Source: Blasia pusilla
Lineage: Eukaryota
Reading direction: 5' to 3'
Length of the DNA: 64,000 nucleotides
Assembly: GCA_050084515.1 (NCBI GenBank)
Contig: CM114271.1
Coordinates: forward strand, 37,510,001 to 37,574,000
In this document: one piece after another, positions 12,301-24,400 of the stretch
How positions within the stretch are numbered: the stretch's first letter is position 1
Layout: every line of letters begins with the position of its first letter
Position numbers and translations under genes: made by a program
Notes under the pieces: generated by a model
The model's input: only the letters and a program-made list of their open reading frames with translations
Database searches by the model: none
Told to the model about the DNA's origin: nothing

Positions 12301-13481
12301 CTCTCCGACTCCGGCGCTGCTACAGTAGACATCTCTTCTGTCATGTTCGCCGTACGACTAAACGGGCTTCACGAATAAAATAAAAGATACCTCTTAGAGA
12401 GTTGTACGGAAGTTCGCCGTATAACTAAACGGGGTACACAGAAGTACTCCTCGATAGGGCCATTCGTTATGACCGCCGTCTAACGAAATCGGGTACCCGG
12501 GAAAGTGTACTTTGGTGAGATTAGGTGATTCGTCATGACTCATCTAATATCATCTCGCATTTTAAGTTTCTAATTGATTTATAATTTAAATTAGATTGTG
12601 TTCTTGTAGTGCGGGTATATATAATTTTGAATTATTTATCTTAAGTGTATTATTCATTTGAACAATCTTATCTATTTAAAAAGGGAATGTTTTATTGGTT
12701 AAAAAAAACATGTGTCAAAAAGAAAGGTGATATCAAAATGAAGAGGCACTCTTCGATGATATTATAAATTATCTATCATAAATACATGATTGAATTTGAA
12801 GATTCCTACTGACTTGGAACATTATTAGCTAAAAAGAACATGTGTCAAGAAGAGAGGTGATCACAAGATGAAAAAACACTCTCCAATAATATCTCACATT
12901 TTAAGTTGTTTTTCATCATTTAAATAAAATGAATGTAATCTCTATTGCTCATTCAAAGTGCATAGGTCAAATAATAGATAATTGTACTTTCATCCTTGCA
13001 TTTTGAAAAACTAAAATTGTGGATGAAAGACAGAAAGGACAATTATGAGAAGGAATAGGAAACTAAAACTGCCTGAAGTTACATGTCCATGAATTAACCT
13101 ATGCATATCAAGTGCATACCCTAATTTCTTTTTAAGAGAGCATGTATCTCCTTGGGAAAAGTGTTTGCCCCTTTGATGGTACCACTAGTGCCTTTAGTGA
13201 GCCTCATCATTCTTCTCGGATCCCCATCTTTTTTCCCAATTCTTTCATTTTTGTTGGGATCCATCTCCCTTTGTATGTGGTCTTAAGATGAAGATTTCTT
13301 TAATTCATTAGAGTTCATGGATTTTTAGTGATTGAAAGAAATTTTAAAACAAACTTTGGATTTTCTTCAAGGTTCTTCTTCTTCTTTTAAAAAACAATAG
13401 AATTGTCAGAGGAAGACTAGTGTGAGATGTAGGTAGATAATTGGTCTCTTAGTTTTCTTCTCAACTTTCTGATTATTTATA

Positions 13482-13681
13482 CTAGTATGTTTGCTTGTGC
13501 GATGCACGAGTGACACTTTTCCCCTTGCTTTAATTACCTTTAAATGACACCCATTAACAATGACACTCTTGAACAATAGACCTTAAGAGGAGAGGTATCA
13601 ACAATAGAGGAACCTTAAACGGACACGTGTCAACACCTGATGAGGGTTTCCTTTAACCCCATCCTCTTTTAATTATATAGA
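13482..13681 (-). mobile_element. Non-autonomous Helitron (200 bp)
   Basis: On the minus strand: A|TCTATATAATTAAAAGAGGATGG 5' end, subterminal hairpin CTCGTGC-ATC-GCACAAG, CTAG|T 3' end. The first 23 nt are identical to the copy at 58104. Confidence 0.8.
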
Positions 13682-13740
13682 TGATTGTTTAACATGAGTT
13701 GCTAGTGATCAATTTATTTGACAAAATGCATGCCACATGA

Positions 13741-13797
13741 GGGAATTAGAATCTCCAATTTGTGGTTTTGCAAGGGAGGTCCTCTCCACTACACTAC
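13741..13797 (-). repeat. Degenerate tRNA-like / SINE-head fragment
   Basis: The minus strand has an A-box-like GTAGTGTAGTGG and a B-box-like GAGATTCTAATTCCC at tRNA-like spacing. No intact cloverleaf. Confidence 0.3.
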
Positions 13798-15819
13798 AAG
13801 GATAAGTGATTATCTTACTTTTAAACTCTTGCCTCAATCATAGCTAAAGATGAATTGGCACTAAGCTGGTTCAATGATCATAGGCTTTGTTCATGTTGAG
13901 TAGTGGAGTTTTTTCCTTTACATTCCCCTTCTTCCAAAAGTTCATCCATGTTGCTTCGACCCATCATTCTCAATTGACCTTTGTGAGTATATCATGCAAA
14001 TATTTTCCAATCTAGAAAAATTATATGAAGGATTTTAAGATTCCTTGATGGCATTTTTGGATTAAATTTTAATTTATTTTATCCCTTTAAAATATTTAAG
14101 AATTATATCAAAATATATTTTACATAAAATTCATTTTTTTCCCTTGTGTCATTAAATTAAAAAAAATCTACCATGTGTCTTTTCCGAACATCTTAAATTT
14201 ATCAAACAACTTAATCTCACTTGGCAAGTTGGCATTGAATCACAATATATAATTTTCTTAATTTTATTACTTATTTTTTTCTATATCATAAAAAAAAATT
14301 CTGTTACGATTTGAAAATTACGAGGTGTAGAAAGAAGTTAATAATTGTAGAGGAGAACCATATAAAGTTGAATTTTCCATTGGAGAAGGAAAGGAAAAAA
14401 CATATAAATTTCCAACAATATGGGTTTCACAAGGAAAAAATAATTGAGGTGCTCAACTTTCTTTATGATAGGGAAAGATATGTAGGGAATTTTAAACATG
14501 GCAAGGGATCGGGAACTACATGGTTTGTTCCTTATAAACCTTCTAATCTCCAATATTACTGGTTTAGGAAATACAACTTCTTAGAATTAAGGGGGTGGAA
14601 ACTTGTCCCCTTGTGAGAGATATTGAAGTATTATGAGGGTAGACTTGAAATTTTTGCGGTCCCAAATATAATGTGACTTTCTAAATAACATTTTTCAATT
14701 GTGACAACTCCGATGAGGTCTTTCCTCTTAAGAAGGACGGAGCTCTTATCATTTTAGTAATTTTAGGAATAAAAATACCTGCCACTCTACTTTGGTAGGG
14801 GATGGGGGTTTACGGGATGGAATTTCAGCATGAGTTGGAAAACATACACATAAATCATTCCTCGTCTCCACATGAATAAACTACTCCATTCTTGTAGAGA
14901 TGGTGTAAAAAACGACATCCATGAAGGGGTTGAAATGTGCATGGGCTCCCAACGTAGGTGGTTATTCCATATCTCCAAACTTACTCGAAGCTGGTTTCCT
15001 TCCGTACGTTATGAACTTCTGTTTGGAAAGATTATATCAATTCTTAACTAACTTTTTTTTAGATTTATATCATTCTCTCGTGACCTTTTTCTATACAAGC
15101 GGCCTCATGTCGCTTTCTTCTCAATTCCCACTGGAATCCTCTCTGGAACCCTTCTCTATAATTTTGACTCCTGGATCTAGACTTTCTTTACTTGCTTGGG
15201 CTCATTGTGCACACACAATTTACCCAGAACCTCGTGGCAGTGCAGATATGTGGGCGACTGGAGGGTCTGGTTGGGAAAGATTGAGGTGTTCAACTTTCTT
15301 TATGATAGGGAAAGGGAATTTCAGGGTTCAAATTCTAGTGTGTATATTTGTGTTCAAAAGTCTATGATAGGCAAAATAGCCAGAAATTTTACAGCCTGGA
15401 GTTCATTTGGGCCCAACAGCCAGCTTTGAGGTGTGATATGAAAGATTTACACATTTTGACACATTTGAAGATTGTTCTGTATCAGAACCTCGTTTCCATG
15501 ACCTGTGTACATCTGGTTTTTGAACAAATTGCCTACCTTGCAACTTTCATACCATGAAAACTGGTAAGACCTTCTTAAACAACCAAAAGCCTCCTGCTCA
15601 GCAGTGAAAACTCGAGATACAGAATCCTCCTAGTTTGTGGGTGCTCATCAGGCAACAATCTCAATTCCAATCTACAAGTGAGGCTGAGCTTCTGTCCTCA
15701 AATGGAATCACATTGACAACGGCAGAAGCACATGAGCCCAAACTACTACCTCGAACAGCTATGGCAGCTGACAGTTCCTACAAAATCTTTTGGTACACAA
15801 GTAGACCCCAACTATTATC

Positions 15820-18800
15820 TCACATTGCACTAATGATCTTTTGAATCTTGCTGCAACGTCTCTCCTTCTCTTCAGGTCCATCCAGATCACCAATATTATC
15901 TAAGTACTCCTGCACTCCGTGTCATATAGCAAACTTTTTAAAATACAAGTTTCAGACCTAGAATTAGACCTGCATCTGCTGCAAATAGACCCCAAAAAGA
16001 AAAGAGAACAAAAAAAACCTATTCTAATGACCCTAATAAAGAGCTCGAGATCCCTCAGTCGGCATTTTTCACTTTTAGTTGAGTGTGAAACCCTAGATAT
16101 TATCCTATTGCATCTACAAGTCAAGTAGCAACCGCGACACCATTTTATATGATATCACAAGAATGGAAAATCTTGGAACTCACCTGTAACACAGCTTTCA
16201 CATCATCTCTTGAAAGACGCTGTTGCTTCAACAAAAGTTCTATTCGATCTTGCATGCCGGAATTCCTGCCAGTTTGACAAAAAGCATTAATACTAAAAAA
16301 TTAACCAAATTGGCTGGAATCTAGAATCAAGATATTCCTGAAAAGTCCCAATCCCAATAGAATGATCACCTCGCCAACATCCACTTAAGTCCAACACGTT
16401 TCTTTGCTCACCAGACTCTGGGAGGAAAGTTTACATTACAACCAAGATTCTTTTTGGTATCAAGATGACTGTCAGCATCAGGTAGGAAACATCCAAAAGT
16501 ACGCTGAAGAGTCACTTACTCTGAAGACCACAAGCTCCCCATTATGAGAGCAAGAAGCTGCATGCCACAAACATCCTTTCAGAATATTGAAGTATGGGTA
16601 CATAAGATTGTAGCATGCTAGTACCCAAGAAGACAACAAATTTGCAGTACGAAAACAGACAAAATGATTTGCACTTCTCCTGATCAGAACTTCCTCGCCT
16701 CTTTAAACTAAGTGAAGTCTTAGAAAACCTTTAAGAGAATGTCAGAACCAGCCATCGGCAGTGAACACAAATCCCCCTTCAGCTTTAATGATGTGTGTTC
16801 TCCTGCAGAAGTAAATGAGAGGGAGAGCACATTAGAGTCCTAGATCCTCACCTGTAGAGTGTAGAGACCTGCCTCTAGTTTCGCAAGATACCTTTCTTCA
16901 TCATCAAGCTGCATAACACAGGTGTGGGATTAGATTCACCGTAAATTGTTCTATGACGACACGCTACACAGAAAAAATTCATATCACCAAGAATTGAACA
17001 TCATCTTTGAGCCCAAATCCGTGATTAGAGCTCATGTCACAAATATCATTGAGATCGTTGCAGGTACCCACCTCAACATCTTCCATTTCCTGTTCATCAA
17101 GCCGCCTGCTTTCAACTTTCACTCGATCAGAGTATCTGAGATCATCAAGCTAACAATATGATCAAGTTTATCTAATCCATCCGCAACATAGTCCACTTCA
17201 CACATGTTTTCACGTAGGCACATCAATAATAATAAAAAACCAGTTATAAGAAAACCAAGGTAGAATGCCAGTTCATGACCATTAGTGGAGCTGAAGCATC
17301 GAGTGAACTGCAGCAATACATCTAATACTAATATCTAGAATGGAGGCTATTTCACGTTACACACTTTCTCAGCAAGGCACATAAAAAAAAAACCCACTTC
17401 TAAGAAAACCAAGGTAGAATGCCAGCTCATGACCATAAAGCATCAAGAAAACTAATATCTAGAATCTAATACTAATCTAGAATGTCGGCTACATCACTTC
17501 AGCCAGAACTAATACTGGAGTGGGTGAGATCGCAAAAAGTAATACAGCATGCACTGGATGCAACTTACGGACCATTGTATCTCATCACAAACGACTACTG
17601 ACGGATCCTCCTTCAAATTTTGATATCAAAGACTTGTTCACCTACCTTATATATAGCTCCATCAAGCGATCTATCTTCTCAAACTCACTCTCTGTAAATT
17701 TGCTCAGAAGGCGCTCTCTTCTGGAGCCTCGGGTTAAACCACCTGTCAGGAGGAGGAAAACATCACCCATGAGCAATAGCTGCTCTTCCAAACTTACATT
17801 TTCTTGAAATTATTTATACCAGTGGTCTTACTGACCAAGTTCCGTCTACACTTTTCTCAAATTCTTATGTCCTCAAATCCCAGCCCTCAGTTAGTCACTT
17901 CTTGGACATCGATCTGCCAAAAAAGCATGCACAACCACACACATGACAAGGAGCGAAGGCTATCCAACGGGTCTTCACTTCCATTACCAAAGAGTGAAGC
18001 GATTAAAGAAATGACACGCTCTTCTACATCCTCCGGATTCCGATCACCCTTGCCCTTTGATCTCACAGGAACCTGTAGAAGGAGAAGAAGATATTGTCAA
18101 GCATGCAAACTTTTGCAATGTAATGCACATGATGCAAACGAGCTCATTTCTAAACTTCTTGGCTTCTAGCATATTCACAAATTAAAAACCTAATTGGCTA
18201 ACTTCAGCCCATTTTCTGCTGCTGAGAGGTGAATTTTAATGATGCTACGTAGCTATTTGAGGCTGTTTCGCGCGTCCAGCGAAGTCATGGCTTGGCAGGG
18301 ATATGAACAGTGCTTCATCCAGACTTGAAACACACCAAAGGATCCAAAGTGCTTCATCAAGACTTCAAATTTCACAATCGGTCTAACCATGTCAATCTGC
18401 TTGAGTGAAAGTATCCCAACGAATTACCTTCCCCATGAAGGCAGCAAAGAGCGTTTTCAGCCCCAGAACATCGACAAATCGTTCGCAAGCAGCTGTGCAA
18501 CGAGTCATGGCAAAGTCCAGAGCCTTCATAGCGGAGCCATATGCCAACCTTTTCTGTTTCATGATGATAATCATCAGCTCCACTCCCTCAGCCTTCACAA
18601 ACCGGTCTTTGTTCTCGGTTGGCATCACAACGCTACAAAGACAGTCAAACAGGTTTTCCAGCATCTCCTCTTCTTCACTTGTCTTTGGGTCCCTAGATTT
18701 GTAGAATGCCACAGCCTGCAGGACAGTATCCACTCCATTGAGCTGTCCCAGGCGTCTTTGGTTGATGGTGCTGTTTTGCAGCAGAATTGCCAGAATCTCG

Positions 18801-19539
18801 CTGGCATAGAGCTTATTGCTGTCGAACTCCCTGACCTTCAGTTTGGTCAGAAGCCACCTGAGGAGTTTGGTTCTTTCACAAACCAGCTCAGAAACTTGGG
18901 GCTTCACTTCGATCATGTTCTCCACGATGGACAAGGTGTTGAAAACTGCTGCCGCCTCATCTGGGTCGGCCTCATCTAGACGCGACAGGTTCTGTATCAG
19001 CAGCTCCAGGGCATTATTCTCGACGAGCGCATCGACCAGAACCAATGCTGGTTCATCGCTCTCCCCGATTACGTCCTCGTCCGTGAGGTCGTTGAGAAGA
19101 TTCACGACGCCTATGGCGATGTCGGTGTTTTCGTGACTCAGGAGACCCAGAATTGACGATACAGCATTCAGACGAACGAGCTCGGGAAAAGATCGGGAGC
19201 AGCAGCTAGGGCGTGCATTTTTTTCACTTCCTCGTCCAAGTCCACCTCGGAATCGACGAACTTGTCTGGCTGCTCTATGTACTTCATGCGAGCTTCAAGG
19301 TTGTCACGCAGCTTACGCTCAAATCCAAGCACCAATTTCTTAAGCCCTCTCACATCTATGACTTCAACGGCGTCATTCGAATTCTCAAGAGCCTCCAGCA
19401 ACGCCAGATCCACCTCAGGTGGTGGAGCGCTAAATTTCCCATCCTTATGACCAACTCGAGAGCCTTTCAAATCCCCTCCGTTAGCCAACCCATTCGCTTC
19501 GGGCTCCCTCTTCCTCTTACTGCCCTGAAATGCTGCCAT
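15820..19539 (-). CDS. CTNNBL1: Beta-catenin-like protein 1 (spliceosomal Prp19/NTC-associated); 8 exons, ~541 aa once a 1-nt frameshift near 19185 is repaired
   Basis: Exons 19539-18428, 18072-17988, 17742-17646, 17135-17072, 16908-16852, 16557-16520, 16265-16184, 15909-15820. Motifs: RMKY..QPDKFVDSEVDLDEE, LLSHENTDIAI, NKLYASEILAILLQ, EEEMLENLFDCLC, KF.ESEFEKIDRLMEL, YLAKLEAGLYTLQ. Confidence 0.93.
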
Positions 19540-21499
19540 CGCCAAGACACCCGAAACCCTAACTCATGGAGTTCACTCGCGGCTCACGATTCTCAAATCC
19601 CGCGCTATCACTTCAAAAAGAAGCAGCAATCGGGTACTTCGCAGCAAGCACGAATGTCACGCTCGCTCGTTCGGAAAGGCGAGGCACCATCAAACCTACG
19701 ACATTCCTCTCTCGAATGCAATCAATGGGGATGTACTCGCCCCATGCTCCCGACTCTAGTCCCAAGTGCAAGCCAATTCACCCAGCGCAACTGACACAGA
19801 CGCACGTCGCGAACGAAACCGACATCGGATACTAAACCCCTTCGGCCCACCTTGCAATTGCTCTTCGCAGCAGCAAAGCACCGACCGGTCCACTACCTGC
19901 GCTCCGCCTGTGCTTTCTTCAACTTCCTCACTGCGTAGTAATTCCCACCCCGTGCAGGTGAGAGGCTCCGGCTCGCAGACTCACGACACGGAAGCCACAG
20001 ATGTGGCCGAGAGAGGGTGGGGGGCAGACGGCGATCGAGAGAAGCTGCTTCCGACACTATGAGCATTTACAAATTGCTCGTCTGCGCGGCACTCCTCAAC
20101 GGTGAAGCCGAGCCAATTTCGCATGGAGCTTTGGGTCCTGATTGGGCACCGGTGAGAGAGTATGGGCTTCTCCACCACTGTGCGCATCCTCGGCTTCCAC
20201 TTTGCGTCGGTTTAGCTGGGACCGAGTCCGGTAGCTCTGCGACAGTCGGGGATTCTTACCAGGAGAGTTATCGTTGCCACCTTCTCTTGCGAGTCTCCCT
20301 CCCTCTCTCTGTACCTGATTTCAGAGAAGGCTTCTGCAAATCGCGGGACCACGACTCTCGCAGTGCACTCGCCGATCTCTCTAACATACATCTGGACCCG
20401 TACTTCTCGACCTACTTCAGCTGTTCTGCCTTTGTCATATGCAGGTGTCGTGTATTGCTAGGGAGGAGGGAGTTGTGTCCGGAGGACGTGGTGTGACATG
20501 TGACCTGTCAGGTCGATCTTTCTTGAACGGCCAGCGATCTTTCGATTTGTGTCGAGGTATCGGAGCGATTGTAGTTGTGAGCTAAGAGAGGGTGGGATCC
20601 TCGTGAGTTTTACGTTCACCGTCCTTTGGTGGGATGTGGACGGCAGTATAACGCGACGTCTAGGTCAGGCGTGCATTGCAGTTTCCCTCCATTCGGTCGG
20701 GTCTGGATCTCTTTTCGTGCGGGCGACATTGTCCAGCCTAGAGGAACGCAGTCATGCAATCACGTCGGTGCTCTATCATATACTGGGTAATGGGAGGTGT
20801 GAGCGAGTAGAAGCAGCGGACCGGGCGTTCGGAGATTGACGGCATGGTTTTCAGCCGAATCTTTACATCGACTCATTCCTTTTTCGAGAAATCTCTCCCA
20901 ATCATTACATCAGATTCATGCAATTACTGCAGAAATTGACAAAGAGCGATCGGTGAGATCGCTCTTTGTGTACGGATTGGGGAAAGTGACTGCATTAGTG
21001 AAGAATTGAAAAATGTACTCGATGCAGGCCATCAAACCTGCAGTTCTTATCTAGGGTTAGCCTTCTCAAGAATTGTTTGAACATGCCGCAAATTCTTCAC
21101 CTATTATTTATGATTCCTGACGGCTCTGCGACTTTGCAGAAACATCTGATACCACGATGGCAAGCATCGGCAGTAGAACCCTAACTAAAAACATGACTCT
21201 CCCGCCCATGACTTTGGATCTCTTCTCTGAAAGTTTGTGCCATCCGTGTGTTCTTTGACACCCTGCCCGTGACCAGTTCCTGTAGAGAGAGAGAGAGACG
21301 CGGTTCGGTCAGGACGGCTCCACGGGAGAATTGTTTTGGATCGGATTGGAGTGGGCCCGAGTATGAAGTGAACTCTACCTTGACAGATTGTTTTCTGGGA
21401 ACTTAAGCAAGCAGCGCTACTATTCTCGGAGCAAAGTCTGAGAGGTGTGAAAAACTGTTGCTTCAGACCTCCGCAAGAGTGAATCACGAACGGAAATAA

Positions 21500-24400
21500 T
21501 CAATCGGTATCGGGATCACCGTCAATTATATCTGGAAGGACTCCATCGGAGTCCGATTCGGATCCAATTTCTACTGCAGCATTCGAAAAGGAAAACGCGA
21601 CCATAGCTGGTGTTTTCGGTCCTGAAATCGAGGGGAACGTGCTCGTTAAAATGTCCCCTCCGCTCTCCAGGTCTGTGCCAGGTTCCTCCTTACTGTTGCT
21701 CTGGTCCATTTCTACTGCTGCGACATTGGCATCACCTGTGCAGTTGACTGAAGATGCTTCCTTATCATAGTCTAAACCTTGGAGGAGTTGGGAAGTGAAA
21801 AGGCTATCGTGCTTCCTAGGTGATGAGGAGCTATCATCTCTACCCGTAGCAGAATCAGTAAGCGTACTCGGCATTTCCGCAGTATGATCTCTGAAAGACC
21901 CTGCTAAGACAACACCTTGTACTAAAGATGGTGGGGGAGCGAGCTCACATCCATGACCTGCTTCAATTCTCATTTGAGGATCCTCACCCAGAAAGCCTGC
22001 TATCTTCGTTTCTTCCAAAGGTCGCATTGCATTCTCGACATCCCTCTCCGCGCTTTTGGATTCAGCACCAGAGCTACCATGACCGTTTGTGTTCTGCTGA
22101 TCTGTGTTATAGTAAACAGCTCCCTGTGCACCGACGCTACTGTCCAGACCTCCGTTGAACTCGTCCACGACCATATTGTCATCTTCGTAAAAGAGACCAT
22201 CTTCCTCCCCAAAGTCTTCTCCGTAGCCTAGCCAGGTATCAACTTCGGCCCAGGGATCCATGGCCAGCTGACCTATCTTCAGGGCAGGTGGAACTACAGG
22301 ACCTGCAAAATTGATGCTTGCAGGACCTGCTGGAACCACTGAAACAGTACCCGCGACTGTCACAGGCTTTCCAGGCCTCTGCATGTGGGGAACTAACGCG
22401 CCCGTCGAAGCGGCCCTACCGGCGGTCAATCCTGCCGACATTGCACCAGCAGGTGGCAGACAGCGTGGATGAATTAGAGGCTCCAAAGCTAGAAGAGCGT
22501 GGGCACATACTTCTGCCACTTCTGACCCAGCCTCTTGTCGCCCTGTGAAAGATCAGATAAACCATGTCAGACGATGACTGTTCTACCCAACAAGAACGTT
22601 ATGATACAAGAGTACGAAATTCTCAGAGCCTCCTGGGCCAAGGATCTAACCTAGAGTTTTGATGAATGCAGGCATCGAATTGCGAACTGAAAATGTTATA
22701 CTACATGTGTCTATGAAATTCTCAGAGCCTCCTAGGCCAAGAAACAAACCCAGAGTTTTGATGAGTGCAGGCCTCGAATTGAGTACTGAAAAGAGGTTGA
22801 GGCAGAGGGTGGGGTCTTTATACCCTTTCTAAAAATGCTCAACCCTTGGGCGAGATATGGAGGTCGATGGCAGCACGGAGACAGCAAAGATGCCAGTAGT
22901 GATCGATAAGCAGCAACCTGGAAGGCTCCAGAGGAATTGGGTTTGCTTCCATCCATATACGTACTATCGTCATCATAAACGAGACTGCCACATAATGTGC
23001 CTGTAGCTGCTCCCATCGCTACACTGGCCAGCACTGCATCCACTTCCGCTCTCCATCTATCAGGCAATAAAGCTCCTCCCTGTAAGGAATAAATTGGAGG
23101 TGAGTTACAACTGAGATCACCTCATATCGGCCAGTAAAGATTTGTGGACTCTGGACTTCAGACAACAGGGTTCTAAGATGTTTAAAACAACTTTCCCTCC
23201 AAAGGCGCAAGTTGGAATCACAAGCAACCTTAGAAGTGTTTGTAACAAGACGACGAGGATGTAGATGTAAGAATGTAAGAATACTTGTTACTTCTCAAAT
23301 TAGCATGTAAAAAAGTAAAATAACTTCATTCACTATATAATTCGAAGTAGATGTAAGTTTAAAAGGATGACACATGTGATTGCTTACAGATGTGAGAAGG
23401 GCCTCCAAGGCCCGTAAGGCAGCAATTTGGACAGCAGCAGGTGCAGCACCTTCAGTGGCACTCGTGGTACCTTCAGTGCCACCATTATTTTGATGATCGT
23501 TTGGTAGGCCGCCTGGTTCCTTCCGCTTGCGATGAGTAGTTGTTTGTCCACCCCATGTATTACCAGTAGCCCACCCTACAGTACTTGTGCGTGGAGTTCG
23601 GGCAACTTTGGGGGAAATGATGGACGCCCCAAGAGTAGATCCCTTCAAGTCTGATAGGGCACTTCCCACCACCGCTGGTGCAAGTGCAGATGCCATCCCT
23701 AGTAAAGATTGCATGTACAGAACACCCACTTGGTCAATCAAGATGTACGTCGAAACTCGAAGGAGCTGGAGAACTAAACAATTCCCACATCGCTTTATCT
23801 CATTCTTATTAGCAGCCTCGTTCACAGACATTTATACTCCAGTCTGGGAGGACGACACTCCGGCTACTTCAATTGATGCAAGAAGGCTGGAAGACAGCAT
23901 TAAGAGCATTGATACCTTTGCTTTAAAATAGTCTCCAAATTCTATCAAATGCTTGACAACTTTTAAGTGAGAGATAAGTGAGACTTTCACCTGCTCCCAT
24001 GGCAACAAATAGGTGCCGAGCAAAATCGTACAGTTTAACCCGTAAGACAGGTGCCATTGCTCCGCAACGACGGAAGTAGTCAGAGACAAGGCGCACAACA
24101 TCGCCAGCATGGGGCAACAATTGACTGCATATTAACAGCATCTGGGTCAGACACACTGCCAGAAGATAACCAACATCCCATTTAAATGACAACAGTGGAA
24201 GAAACAACCCCTAAAAAGCCATCATATACATCTCTAAAATAGATTAGTAAGGAAACAGAGTACATTCACCACTCCACCACATTGAGTAACCAAACTCTAC
24301 CTCCGCACTCCACAAAGTACTGCCGTGAGAAGGTCCAGTGCGTTGAGATGAAGCGCAGGAAGTTCAGAACATAAAGATGCTTGATGCGCACTTGATACTG

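Noticed and set aside
12346..12495. Spaced repeats as a CRISPR array
   Set aside because: Only 2-3 degenerate units, a eukaryotic context and no cas genes.
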